32,000 nt of DNA from Bellilinea caldifistulae (GTDB lineage Bacteria; Chloroflexota; Anaerolineae; Anaerolineales; Anaerolineaceae): assembly GCF_001306055.1 (NCBI RefSeq), contig NZ_LGHJ01000021.1:19663-51662 (forward strand), given 5' to 3'. The number at the start of each line of letters is the position of its first letter. The stretch's first letter is position 1. Shown in pieces: positions 16,937-26,402 of this stretch. The notes beneath the pieces are model-generated. The model saw nothing but the letters and a program-made list of their open reading frames with translations. It was not told the DNA's origin and did no database searches. The translations under genes and the position numbers were made by a program.

Positions 16937-17722
16937 TTAGCGTAAATTTTCACGATTGACCCGGCTTGAAATCAGTTTCATTTGACGGGCACGCAGCATA
17001 GAATACAGCAGGAAGATCAGGATGAGTGCTGCAACTGCTCCAGCAATGTTTGCAATCTGTTCGGAACCGCCGGCTTTGAAAAGGATGCCGGAGAATGCCC
17101 AGACGATCACCAGCGGATAAGTGATTGCATTTCGGTAGTGAATCATAGCGATTGCCAGTAATCCGCCAATCACAATTACCACACCGGTCCAAACCTCAGG
17201 TGCGATTCCAAAACCGTCCCAATTCAAAGTGTAGAGTAAAACGCTCGCATTGGCAATGGTGGCAACTGAAATCCATCCGAGATACAGACTGAATGGAAAA
17301 TGAATCAGGCTTCGGTCAGCAGGTGAGGCTTCCTGAACCCCAATTCCAAGGCGGAGATAAATTGCCAGCAATGAAATCAGCAAGCCCAACATTACCAGCA
17401 TCGAAAGTGGAATTAAGCCGTAATGCCAGGCAAAGATCCATGCGCCGTTAAAGAGGTTGGCTGCAATGAACCAGCCACCAATCCGATCAATGTGGGAGTT
17501 CTTCTGCTGAGAGGGAAGAAGCTGGTAAATTCCAAAACCGAGCAAAGACAGGTAAATTAATCCCCATATGGCAAAGACGTAACCAGCGGGGGTAAATAAA
17601 ACCGGGTATGAGTCGGATATCTCACCGGTCGTGCGGTTGTTGATGGGCAAAGCGTTTGCCAGAGTGTTGACTACAATCGTGAAAACGAGAGTAATCAGAT
17701 TTAACCAACGAATTGTTCTCAT
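16937..17722 (-). CDS. TspO/MBR-related tryptophan-rich membrane protein
   Basis: LANALPINNRTTGEISDSYPVLFTPAGYVFAIWGLIYL and NGAWIFAWHYG are present. I chose the start at ATG 17722 (MRTIRWLN...), because the longer track ORF would overlap the divergent DUF218 gene. Confidence 0.65.
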   Translation of the reverse strand: MRTIRWLNLITLVFTIVVNTLANALPINNRTTGEISDSYPVLFTPAGYVFAIWGLIYLSLLGFGIYQLLPSQQKNSHIDRIGGWFIAANLFNGAWIFAWHYGLIPLSMLVMLGLLISLLAIYLRLGIGVQEASPADRSLIHFPFSLYLGWISVATIANASVLLYTLNWDGFGIAPEVWTGVVIVIGGLLAIAMIHYRNAITYPLVIVWAFSGILFKAGGSEQIANIAGAVAALILIFLLYSMLRARQMKLISSRVNRENLR

Positions 17723-17837
17723 GCTCAGAATTCCTTTTGTGATTGTATGGTTAAGGGTATCATAAAAGAGCGCATCAGGGGATATTCGGTGAATGTTTAA
17801 GTTTAATTTTGGATAGCCATGTTGGGAGCAGAAAATC

Positions 17838-18641
17838 ATGTTTGTTTTTCTTTCCAAATTTCTACCTCTATTGATCTATCCCCTCGGTTTGGCTTGCCTG
17901 TTGATTTTACTCAGTCTGCTTCTTCGGGTATCGCCAGTGTGGCAGAAGAGGTTGGTTGTCCTTGCGCTTGTTTTACTCTGGTTGGGGGGAAACCGCTGGG
18001 TCGCTTATAGTCTGACTTACACTCTGGAGAGGAAAATCCATCCCCCAGCCGAGTTGCCGCCTGCCGATGTCATCCTCGTTCTGGGTGGTGGAACGGAATC
18101 TTCTGACGCACCTCGCAGCGGCGTGGAGGTGAATGGGGCTGGCGATCGCGTTATTCATGCCGTTCGGCTGTATCGTCAGGGGATTGCCCCCTATATTCTA
18201 CTGAGCGGCGGAAATATCGAATGGTTATCCGCTCGCACAACGACACCGGCATTGGAGATGCGAGAATTGATGCTGTTCATGGGCGTGCCCGACTCGGTGC
18301 TGATATTACAGGATCAATCTCAAAACACTGCCGAAGATGTGTTTTATTCCACCCAAATCTTGAGGGAGAGAGGCTTCGATAAAGTGATTCTGGTTACATC
18401 GGCACAACATATGCCCCGGGCGGTTTACTTGTTTCGTGAGCAAGGTATTGATGTAATTCCTTCCCCGGCAGACTATTCGATTACCGACGCAGAATGGCGC
18501 AGCTTATGGCAGGCAAATTTTCCCGCTCAAATAATTAATGTCTTGCCGAACGCAGGCTATCTTTCAATGACCACAACCAGCCTGAAGGAATATCTTGGAA
18601 TGCTGGTTAACTCTTTGAGGAATCTTATCAACCTGTCATAA
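17838..18641 (+). CDS. YdcF/ElyC/SanA (DUF218) family protein
   Basis: An N-terminal TM segment, then DVILVLGGG, RVIHAVRLYRQG, ILLSGG and ILVTSAQHMPRA motifs. Confidence 0.8.
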   Translation: MFVFLSKFLPLLIYPLGLACLLILLSLLLRVSPVWQKRLVVLALVLLWLGGNRWVAYSLTYTLERKIHPPAELPPADVILVLGGGTESSDAPRSGVEVNGAGDRVIHAVRLYRQGIAPYILLSGGNIEWLSARTTTPALEMRELMLFMGVPDSVLILQDQSQNTAEDVFYSTQILRERGFDKVILVTSAQHMPRAVYLFREQGIDVIPSPADYSITDAEWRSLWQANFPAQIINVLPNAGYLSMTTTSLKEYLGMLVNSLRNLINLS

Positions 18642-18646
18642 CCGGA

Positions 18647-19801
18647 TCAGACCCTGCCTAAAAGTTTTAGTCGCAGCAAGGCTCTTAGAAAAGGCAATGG
18701 GGGTAAGGAGGTCAGGATTTTAACATTCTGTAAGAAGGTTTGTTCTTCGTCCAAAAATCCAAAAACCCGTTTTACCGGATTATTACGAAACAATTGAGTA
18801 AAAATATGATGCATCTGATCGCCGTGGCGCAGCATCACTTGTAGCATGATGCTGTCAAACAGCCGGTAGCGGGCTGGAGATTCCGGAAGATCAAACGGAT
18901 GCCCATGCTGGATCAGCGAAGAGATAATTGCTTCACTATCTTTCTGAATCCGTAAAAATGCGTAACCACTGGATGGCTTGACCCGCCCGCCGAGTGTGCC
19001 AATTGCTAATATGCGCTTCCCAAGTTGACGAGGTAGGGGTTGATCGGACATGGGAATCACACCGTTTTCAACTGCCCTGATCTGATATTCGCGGATTTTC
19101 AAAACCTCAGTTATGTAGCGCTGAAGCGCTTGATCATATTCCTCGCTGGTCAGCAAGGTTGGGGAAAAGAGGGTATATTCCACCAGCGCTTCCCGTTCCG
19201 AAAAGGGGAGAATGTACATAAAGCGCATCTGCCCGTTTTGTGGGGTGCGAAAATCAAACAGTGTCGGTGTTTGAGGATCAAAAAAGGGAAGGCTGGTTTC
19301 AATTTCCCAACCGCGAAAATGTTGCTTTAAGTAATGATAACGTTTGGGGTCTGCTTTAATCTTGCCGGGATCGTAGAGGCTGCTAAACACCCACTCCCCC
19401 TGAAAGTGAACACCATTGAGGTCAATGTATGCGGCATTCTCATCTTCACTGATACTACGCACATCGCCAAATTCAAAACGAACGTTGGGGGACGCGTTCA
19501 AAATGTCATAAGCATAGCGGTAAAAGTCAATACCGCGAATCAAATAATAGTGGTAGGGGGAGAGGGTAAACGTGGTTGAGAAGTTTGTGTTGAAGAAAGC
19601 CAATCTCTCCCAGGTACGGTAAGTGGCAGATGGATAAGGGCTTGGATGAACCGACCAGAAACACCAGGTGCGGTCATTGGTTTGCTTAGGTGCCCGATCA
19701 ACGATCAAGATTTTTTTGTGGGGCAAGGTTTGAATCAGGCGCAGCGCCAGACTCAGGCCTGCAGCACCGCCTCCGGCGAGAATGAAGTCAAACATCTCCA
19801 T
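18647..19801 (-). CDS. Lycopene cyclase family protein (CrtY/CrtL-type flavoprotein)
   Basis: The N-terminal dinucleotide fold is FDFILAGGGAAGLSLALRL. DRTWCFW, FDFRTPQ..MRFMYILPFS and VIPM are also present. It overlaps the adenosine deaminase stop by up to 14 nt. Confidence 0.75.
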   Translation of the reverse strand: MEMFDFILAGGGAAGLSLALRLIQTLPHKKILIVDRAPKQTNDRTWCFWSVHPSPYPSATYRTWERLAFFNTNFSTTFTLSPYHYYLIRGIDFYRYAYDILNASPNVRFEFGDVRSISEDENAAYIDLNGVHFQGEWVFSSLYDPGKIKADPKRYHYLKQHFRGWEIETSLPFFDPQTPTLFDFRTPQNGQMRFMYILPFSEREALVEYTLFSPTLLTSEEYDQALQRYITEVLKIREYQIRAVENGVIPMSDQPLPRQLGKRILAIGTLGGRVKPSSGYAFLRIQKDSEAIISSLIQHGHPFDLPESPARYRLFDSIMLQVMLRHGDQMHHIFTQLFRNNPVKRVFGFLDEEQTFLQNVKILTSLPPLPFLRALLRLKLLGRV

Positions 19802-20819
19802 GAAGTGTGGGTGAACCTTTCTTCAAGACCAATTCGGATTTTTGTTGAGGTGTAAGAAAGGACGCTTCCAATGCGTTTTGCTGCAATTGCCAGATTTGTT
19901 GCTGCGACAATCCAGCCCTTGGGGCAGCCACGTTGTATTCGTAGGGCAAAGTAATGGCACTGATGCCGGGGTCATCTGTGTTCAAAGTTGCACAAATTCC
20001 CCAATCAAGGAAGAGGCGAACGGGATGGTCGTTATAACTTTTTACCGTTGAGGTCTGGACATTGCTGGTTAAATTGACTTCAACGGCGATGCGTTTTTTG
20101 GTCATAAAATCCAACAGGGTTTCATCGTGTTGCGCCTGGACGGCATGCCCAATCCGTTCTGCTCCAAGCAATTGAATGGCTTGCCAGATACTCTGAGCAC
20201 CAGCGCTTTCTCCCGCATGGATGGTTACGTGCAAACCGGCATTGCGGACCAAGGCGAAATGAGCCTGATACCATTCGGCAGGGAAGTTTGCCTCATCGCC
20301 GGCCAGGTCCACCGCCACGAACGCCTCGCGGCGGGCAAGGATGGCTTCCAGTTCCCGATGACAAATCTCCGGCCCATAGGTGCGGCTGAGAATCCCGATC
20401 AGATTGATGGGGATGCCGGTTTGACTGCTGGCTGAGCGGACACCATCCACCACCGCATCAATCACCGCCACGGGGTTGAGTTGATGTGTTTCAGCCATGA
20501 ACCATGGAGAAAACCGTAGTTCGGCGAAGTCAATGCCTTCTTTACTCAGGTCTTCGACGCATTCGTAAGCAACCCGGTAACAGGCATCCTCATTAACGAG
20601 AATCCTGGTCATCCACTCAAAACGAGCAATGAAGGCCATCACCCCGGCTTGCGCCTCACTAACCTGGACATAAGGACGTAAACTTTCGATGTCTTGGGCA
20701 GGTAGAGGCAGACCGTGGGTCAGCCCTAAGTCCAGGATGGTTTCCAGTCGAACGCTGCCGTCGAGATGACGGTGTAAGTCAATGAGCGGAAAGTGGGGAT
20801 TAATGTGGTTGGCTGTCAT
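19788..20819 (-). CDS. add: Adenosine deaminase
   Basis: IDLHRHLDGSVR, VTIHAGE, GHAV and LNTDDPGIS motifs. I prefer ATG 20819 to 20849. Either start overlaps the end of the upstream peptidase gene. Confidence 0.85.
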   Translation of the reverse strand: MTANHINPHFPLIDLHRHLDGSVRLETILDLGLTHGLPLPAQDIESLRPYVQVSEAQAGVMAFIARFEWMTRILVNEDACYRVAYECVEDLSKEGIDFAELRFSPWFMAETHQLNPVAVIDAVVDGVRSASSQTGIPINLIGILSRTYGPEICHRELEAILARREAFVAVDLAGDEANFPAEWYQAHFALVRNAGLHVTIHAGESAGAQSIWQAIQLLGAERIGHAVQAQHDETLLDFMTKKRIAVEVNLTSNVQTSTVKSYNDHPVRLFLDWGICATLNTDDPGISAITLPYEYNVAAPRAGLSQQQIWQLQQNALEASFLTPQQKSELVLKKGSPTLHGDV

Positions 20820-22818
20820 CGAGCAAATATTTTTTAAACCATCTGGCAATATGATTCAATCGTATGATACGCCGGTCGGTCCTTCCGCCGCGGGAAAGAC
20901 CGTGAAATTCTTCGGGAAAGCGCACCATTTCGGTATCCACCCCCAGCCGCTTGAGGGCAACATAAACCTGTTCTCCCTGTTCAATCGGGCAACGCAGGTC
21001 CATCTCGTTGTGGATGACCAGCGTTGGAGTTTTGGCGTTGCCGATGTGGGCGATTGGCGAGCGCTGCCAGTAGTATTCCAATGCCTCGAAGGGTGGTTTA
21101 TCGTTCAATTCCCGCTGAAAGACCCAATTAAAATCGCTGGAACCCCACATGGAGATGAAATTGCTGACACAACGCTGGGTGACAGCGGCGCGGAAGCGTT
21201 CGGTGTGACCAATAATCCAGACCGTCATGTAACCGCCGTAACTGCCGCCGGTAACCCCCATCCGGCCGGTGTCTATGTAGGGCTTTTGCGCCATGTAGTC
21301 GGCCCAGGCCATGAGGTCGGCGTAATCACGGTCGCCCCAATTGCCGTGAATGGCGGCAGCGTGCTGCTCACCGTAACCGCGGCCACCGCGTGGATTGCAA
21401 AAGTAAACCACAAATCCCTGGGCAGCCAGATAGTAAAACTCGTGCATGAAAAGTTTGCCGTATTGGGTGAGCGGGCCTCCGTGAATTTCCATTATGGATG
21501 GATATTTTTTATTCGGATCAAATTGGGGTGGCTTGAGAATCCAACCTTGCAAGTCGTTGTTATCCGGCCCTTTGAACCAGACTTCCTCGATCTCACCGAG
21601 ATCAACCTTGTCGAGAATTTCGCGGTTAAAACGAGTCAGAATGCGCTGCTGGTGAGAGGTCAGATCCACGATCATCACCTGACCCGGATCCGAAAAGGAT
21701 CCGTATAAACCCGCAATCCGGGTTGCAGCCCGATTGATGGTTTGGGTGTGAAAAACTCCGCCTTCGCCAACAATAGTTTCTAATCCGCTTCCATCTACCT
21801 GGATTTTCATCAAGATACTGGAACCATGAATAGTGACCGGGAAGTAAAGGGCCTGGCTATCCGCGCTCCATAAGGGTGGATTGGTAACGGCCCCACCGAT
21901 GTCATTGATCGTCCAGGCGCTGACGTTCAAATCAAAAGCTTCGGTTAAGTTTTTAGGTGGTTGGGATCCATCAGTTGGAATGACCCAAAGGCCGATATTC
22001 TTAAAGCCTTCTCCGATGCCTTCCTGGCCATAATAGGCCAGCCATTTACTATCTGGCGAGACGCGAAGTGAGGATTTGTTACCGGGAGGTGTTTCCAGCC
22101 GGCGGGCTTCACCCCCATGGGCAGGCATGATGAAAATATCATCCAGATCCGGGTTGGAGTCGGGATCATCGCTGTGATTGGAAATAAAAGCAATCCATTT
22201 GCCATCGGGAGACCAATCGGGGAAATTTTCGTCCCAGACCGGATGATCACTGATTTGGGTTGGCTTACCACTGGCGGCATCAATTACCCACAAATGCCAG
22301 CGTTCATGAGGCAGGTAACCGTAGCCATCCAGTTTGTAGAATAAACGATTGTAATGCCGGGCAGGGGTGCTGATATTTTTAAGATCCGGATTTTTCTGAC
22401 GTTCAAGAACTTCCTGATCCAACTTCCTGACCGTACAGAGAATTTTTTTTCCATCCGGAGACCAGATTATCTCGCCAATTTCACCGTCTATCTGAGCCAG
22501 CGGACGGGCCTCACCGCCGTTGAAAGGGATGAGGAATAGCGCCGGCGGTTTGTCTTTATTCTGACGATTGGAAAGGAAGGCAATTTGTGACCCATCCGGT
22601 GACCATACCGGGTGATTATCACTTTGCTCGCCAAAGGTAAACTGATGCGGTTGCCCCCCTTCGACGGGGACTACCCACAAGTTGGAAAATTTCTTTTCAG
22701 TTTTCTTCTCGACTCGTTGAAGGGTCAGGATAACGTGTTTTCCATCCGGTGAAATTGCTGCCCCTGATGGAACTTGAAAACGATAGAGATCTTCAGCGGT
22801 GATGAGACGCTTGGCCAT
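20800..22818 (-). CDS. S9 family serine peptidase (prolyl oligopeptidase/acylaminoacyl-peptidase-like)
   Basis: The N-terminal beta-propeller has repeated SPDG motifs. The C-terminal hydrolase has the GGSYGGYM nucleophile elbow and the late D...H region (EFHGL). AGGAG lies 6 nt upstream of the ATG. Confidence 0.9.
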   Translation of the reverse strand: MAKRLITAEDLYRFQVPSGAAISPDGKHVILTLQRVEKKTEKKFSNLWVVPVEGGQPHQFTFGEQSDNHPVWSPDGSQIAFLSNRQNKDKPPALFLIPFNGGEARPLAQIDGEIGEIIWSPDGKKILCTVRKLDQEVLERQKNPDLKNISTPARHYNRLFYKLDGYGYLPHERWHLWVIDAASGKPTQISDHPVWDENFPDWSPDGKWIAFISNHSDDPDSNPDLDDIFIMPAHGGEARRLETPPGNKSSLRVSPDSKWLAYYGQEGIGEGFKNIGLWVIPTDGSQPPKNLTEAFDLNVSAWTINDIGGAVTNPPLWSADSQALYFPVTIHGSSILMKIQVDGSGLETIVGEGGVFHTQTINRAATRIAGLYGSFSDPGQVMIVDLTSHQQRILTRFNREILDKVDLGEIEEVWFKGPDNNDLQGWILKPPQFDPNKKYPSIMEIHGGPLTQYGKLFMHEFYYLAAQGFVVYFCNPRGGRGYGEQHAAAIHGNWGDRDYADLMAWADYMAQKPYIDTGRMGVTGGSYGGYMTVWIIGHTERFRAAVTQRCVSNFISMWGSSDFNWVFQRELNDKPPFEALEYYWQRSPIAHIGNAKTPTLVIHNEMDLRCPIEQGEQVYVALKRLGVDTEMVRFPEEFHGLSRGGRTDRRIIRLNHIARWFKKYLLDDSQPH

Positions 22819-22867
22819 GAGATGCTCCTTTTAATGGATGGATCGGGTTTTGAAAGGGAATATCGAT

Positions 22868-24184
22868 TTATGCAAAAGACAAAATTGAATTGGCAAGGAA
22901 AGTCGCTCCGCGTTGGTGGCTGAATTTTGACCAATTGCGCAGGGAGGCATCACAATCCCCTGAAAGTAGCATTTTAATTTTACCCTCGAATTCTTCCAGC
23001 AAAAAGTCGTTTGGGTTCAACACTTTTGCAATGCCAAAATGTTCTGCATCGTGTGCAATGGCGAACTGATCACTGGAAAAGGGAAAAATCAGCATCGGTT
23101 TGGCATGATAAAGCGTCTCAGTAAAGGTGTTGTTGCCCCCATGATGAATGACCAAATCCACCTCAGGAAGGAGTGCGGTTTGGGGTAAAAATTCGCTCAA
23201 TATGAAGCGGCTGTCCTGAAATTCGGCATACTCCTGCAGACGACCACCCACAGCGGCAATAAACAAGCCGTTAGGAAAAATTTGGTTTAAGTACTTCAAA
23301 GTTTTTTGAATGACATCCGAACGAGCGGAGAGGAATGTACCAAAACTGAGCAGAACTTTGGGAAACCGGGAGTGGTTTTCCCGAATGATTTCCCGCCATT
23401 CCAGATTGAGAGTCGGGTTGGGAGAGAAGCAATGCCCGCCAAAGCACTTGACGGGGTTTTCTCGCTGCAGGTGGAGATGGCCAAAATCAGGGTAATTAAA
23501 CAGAATTGCCAGGGGGGAGGATAAACGAAACGCATTTTCAACAGCGGGGAGGTGAGGTGCGTACTGTTCTAAAAATTGATTGAATACGGACGTAAACTCC
23601 TGTTCAATTTTTGAAGCCAGATTATTGAGCTTCTGCAAATCCTTTGCCGCCGGTTGAATTTCAGATGGAAAGGCGTAAGGCACACCGAAGGTCTGATCGC
23701 CTTCCGGGATGTAGGTGGGGTGGCCGGGGCAAAAAGTGATAAATGGGTAACCCAATGAAAATAAGGAAAGTGTGACCGCGTAATTTAATTGGTCAACCAG
23801 AAAAAGCGAAGGCTGCCATTGTTGATAAAGTTGCTGTAGTTGCCGGTAAATTGGCATAGGCTCAGGTAGCATATCCAAACGGCGGTGCTTTGCCTGAATG
23901 AGTAAAGTTGGGATTGCGCCTTCTTGGGTAGCCCTGAAAAATTGATCCAAACGCCGGGCTTCTTTTTTGACCTGGCGAGTTTTCTCGGCGATACCGGTAT
24001 TGGCGTTGGAAGCCACTTCTAATGGGGCAAAATCGCACTTGGCCGCACGAACTTGATTCTCGAAGGCTGAAGCAGTGGCAACCACTACCCGAACACGTCC
24101 ACTAACTCTTATAGCTTTAGCAATGGTCAATAACGGGCTAAAATGCGAGTAAAACGGCGGGCTGATAATCAGGATGGTTTTCAT
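22868..24184 (-). CDS. GT1-family UDP-glycosyltransferase (MGT/CrtX-like)
   Basis: N-terminal MKTILIISPPFYSHFSPLL and the C-terminal signature HHGGNNTFTETLYHAKPMLIFPFSSDQ. There is a 47-nt overlap with the upstream GT4-like gene. Confidence 0.85.
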   Translation of the reverse strand: MKTILIISPPFYSHFSPLLTIAKAIRVSGRVRVVVATASAFENQVRAAKCDFAPLEVASNANTGIAEKTRQVKKEARRLDQFFRATQEGAIPTLLIQAKHRRLDMLPEPMPIYRQLQQLYQQWQPSLFLVDQLNYAVTLSLFSLGYPFITFCPGHPTYIPEGDQTFGVPYAFPSEIQPAAKDLQKLNNLASKIEQEFTSVFNQFLEQYAPHLPAVENAFRLSSPLAILFNYPDFGHLHLQRENPVKCFGGHCFSPNPTLNLEWREIIRENHSRFPKVLLSFGTFLSARSDVIQKTLKYLNQIFPNGLFIAAVGGRLQEYAEFQDSRFILSEFLPQTALLPEVDLVIHHGGNNTFTETLYHAKPMLIFPFSSDQFAIAHDAEHFGIAKVLNPNDFLLEEFEGKIKMLLSGDCDASLRNWSKFSHQRGATFLANSILSFA

Positions 24185-26402
24185 GGGGAGGCTTTAAGTT
24201 GGATTCAGAGGTGGTTTTTATATAAAGGTCAATCAGTAGTTGAGCAATACGGTGAATATCATAATTTTCCTGAACGGTTTTTTTACCCGCAAGGGCAATT
24301 TTTTGCAACTTTTGCCCTGGAAGCGAAAGAATCTCCAGAAGAGCATCTCCTAATTGATTAACCTCGGAAGTATCCATCAGGAAACCATTCTCGCCATCTC
24401 GAATATAACTGGAAAGGCCGCCGGCTTTTGGACCAATTGCCAGCCATCCGGCTGACATGGCTTCGAGGATGGCGATGCCAAATTCCTCCTTAAGGCTGGA
24501 GCAAACATACACAGGCGGTTGATCAAGGGGGTAGCATTCTGACAGGTAAGATTCCAGGGCTCGAATCTGGTGATTGGGCATTGCTGGCAACAGGAAGAAA
24601 AACGGCATGGCTGCGGGATTTTGTTCAAGCAATTTCTCAATTGAACGGAGCATTTTCTGCTCGGAGGGTGTTGGATTTGAAGGTGATCCACCAATCAGAA
24701 CAAGATCAACCGATTGCCATAAATCGCTTTTCAGCCATGCCTCAACCAACAGATTTTGCTGTTTGATCGGGCTTAGCCGACCAACACTCAAAATCAGACG
24801 GCGATTGGCGTGACTCGAATCATCCGAAGATCGTTTAATGCGAGTTAAAACTGGCTGAATCGGGTCAATATGATGAAAGTTAGCAGAAGCAACCTCGAGC
24901 CCTTCCGGGATGACAGTAAAAGTTTTCTTTCGGATAATTTGAGTGAGTTGTGGAAAATACGGCAGTAAATCCAGTATGCCTTGTTTGGAAGGGAGGATTA
25001 CTACCGCATCCGATTGGTGAAGTAGTTGATCGGCAATCAGCACGCGGAAGAGCGATTGATTGAGGATTTGAATATCCTCAGGCTGGAGATTGGATCGAGA
25101 TTCGTAGTGTTTTTCTATGGCTCGGTGCGGATCAGCGGTGAGGGTCAGTATGGTTTTAATGTTCATTTCTCGGGCAATTTCTGCTACGGCAAATGTTCGA
25201 ATGTCGTTAAACCTTAAGTGAAAGATGTCTGGCAGGGGGGTGATTTGATTGAGGAAAAGCCGAAGAAAGGTTTTTAGTTGGAGGGGATAGGCAACAAAGT
25301 CGTCCTTATCAACCTGGAAGTTATCGTGAATGGGGAGAGTCACCAGTAAATGAATCTGGTTGCCATTCTCCACAGGAGTCAGAAGAGAAGTGGCAAGGGG
25401 AGAGGTTACAAATGTGAGGATCTGGCGGATATTTTCATTCTCTGCGAGTGCATTACCAAGCTGATTGAGGAAAATGGACAAGCCGCCGCTGTCTCCAACT
25501 CCCGGTTGATGGATTGATCCGAAAAACATGAATTGAGCAATCGTCAAATCATGTTCGTTGTGCGGTAATTTATTTTGTTCTTGATTAAAAGATGATATTT
25601 TCTCAAGAGAGTTCTTGAGGGGATTGAGGCAGGGATTTTCCCGGCAATCGAGGTATTGAAGAGTGGAGAAATAAGCTTCAAAGCGCCAGGGTTGGATTTG
25701 TTTTAGGGAAAGCCAGACCGCCAGATTGAGGGGATAAGGCACTTCAGATTTAGATAAGGTTTTTTCAATCCACCGGTTCAGAAAATCAATATTATGATGT
25801 GAAACAAGGTATTCCAGAAGGGCAAAAGCAACCGCTGGGTGAGAATAGTATCGTTTGAAGATCGTTTCCGTCAGGGATTGGGGTAACTCCCATGCCGGAT
25901 GCAAAGCTGCTAGCGATAAGAGGGTAGTCGCTTGTTTTTCGGAGAGGGAGGGATTACCCAACAGGGAAGTTAACCGTTGAGATATAACGGAGAAATTTTT
26001 TAGAGAGGAAATATTCTGCTTGAAGATCTCAATGATCAATGAATTGTTCAAGGTATCGTCGCTGATCCAAGCCAGTAAAGTATCTAATGAGTTGATTGAA
26101 GGATTTCGAATCAGCCCACGCAGGATTGCCGAGCGTTCAAACTCGTTCGAAACAATCGAGACGACATATTCCAATTCGGCACTGGTAATTTTTCGGGTAC
26201 TCCACAACCTTTCCAGCTTCAACCAATCGTGCAGGACATTGGTGCCAGAAACCGGAAGGCAGAGCCAGTTAACCTGACTATGGGATTTTGGGAAAGAAAA
26301 AAGTTGATAACGATGAATTCGAAAGGCACGATCAGAAGGCACAATCAGGGGTGTGTTAAGCTCATTGCTTTGATAAAGGTTGGCAGAAAAGTCCAGTTTC
26401 AT
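24138..26402 (-). CDS. Two-domain protein: an unrecognised ~290-aa helical-repeat N-domain fused to a GT4 (sucrose-synthase/SPS-like) glycosyltransferase
   Basis: The GT core runs from FFGSIHQPGVGDSGGLSIFLNQLG to EEFGIAILEAMSAG...GGLSSYIRDGENGFL. The N-domain carries LRV/HEAT-like segments (LIRNPSINSLDTLLAWI, LLGNPSLSEKQATTLLSLA). I prefer ATG 26402 (GAGAGGA 7 nt upstream) to 26432. Confidence 0.8.
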   Translation of the reverse strand: MKLDFSANLYQSNELNTPLIVPSDRAFRIHRYQLFSFPKSHSQVNWLCLPVSGTNVLHDWLKLERLWSTRKITSAELEYVVSIVSNEFERSAILRGLIRNPSINSLDTLLAWISDDTLNNSLIIEIFKQNISSLKNFSVISQRLTSLLGNPSLSEKQATTLLSLAALHPAWELPQSLTETIFKRYYSHPAVAFALLEYLVSHHNIDFLNRWIEKTLSKSEVPYPLNLAVWLSLKQIQPWRFEAYFSTLQYLDCRENPCLNPLKNSLEKISSFNQEQNKLPHNEHDLTIAQFMFFGSIHQPGVGDSGGLSIFLNQLGNALAENENIRQILTFVTSPLATSLLTPVENGNQIHLLVTLPIHDNFQVDKDDFVAYPLQLKTFLRLFLNQITPLPDIFHLRFNDIRTFAVAEIAREMNIKTILTLTADPHRAIEKHYESRSNLQPEDIQILNQSLFRVLIADQLLHQSDAVVILPSKQGILDLLPYFPQLTQIIRKKTFTVIPEGLEVASANFHHIDPIQPVLTRIKRSSDDSSHANRRLILSVGRLSPIKQQNLLVEAWLKSDLWQSVDLVLIGGSPSNPTPSEQKMLRSIEKLLEQNPAAMPFFFLLPAMPNHQIRALESYLSECYPLDQPPVYVCSSLKEEFGIAILEAMSAGWLAIGPKAGGLSSYIRDGENGFLMDTSEVNQLGDALLEILSLPGQKLQKIALAGKKTVQENYDIHRIAQLLIDLYIKTTSESNLKPPHENHPDYQPAVLLAF

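Noticed and set aside
21686-21706. Palindrome CGGATCC-GAAAA-GGATCCG, similar in style to the hairpin at 353-378
   Set aside because: It lies inside the S9 peptidase coding region. The two share only the GGATCC core, and there is no evidence of a repeat family (two copies, different arms).
20782-21708. 308-aa ORF antisense to the S9 peptidase gene
   Set aside because: It is a shadow ORF in the GC-rich part of a well-supported gene. The composition is Gly/Val/Ala/His-rich with no motifs and no RBS. The same reasoning applies to 5671-6204, 4347-4823, 7310-7675, 1783-2309 and the other antisense track ORFs.
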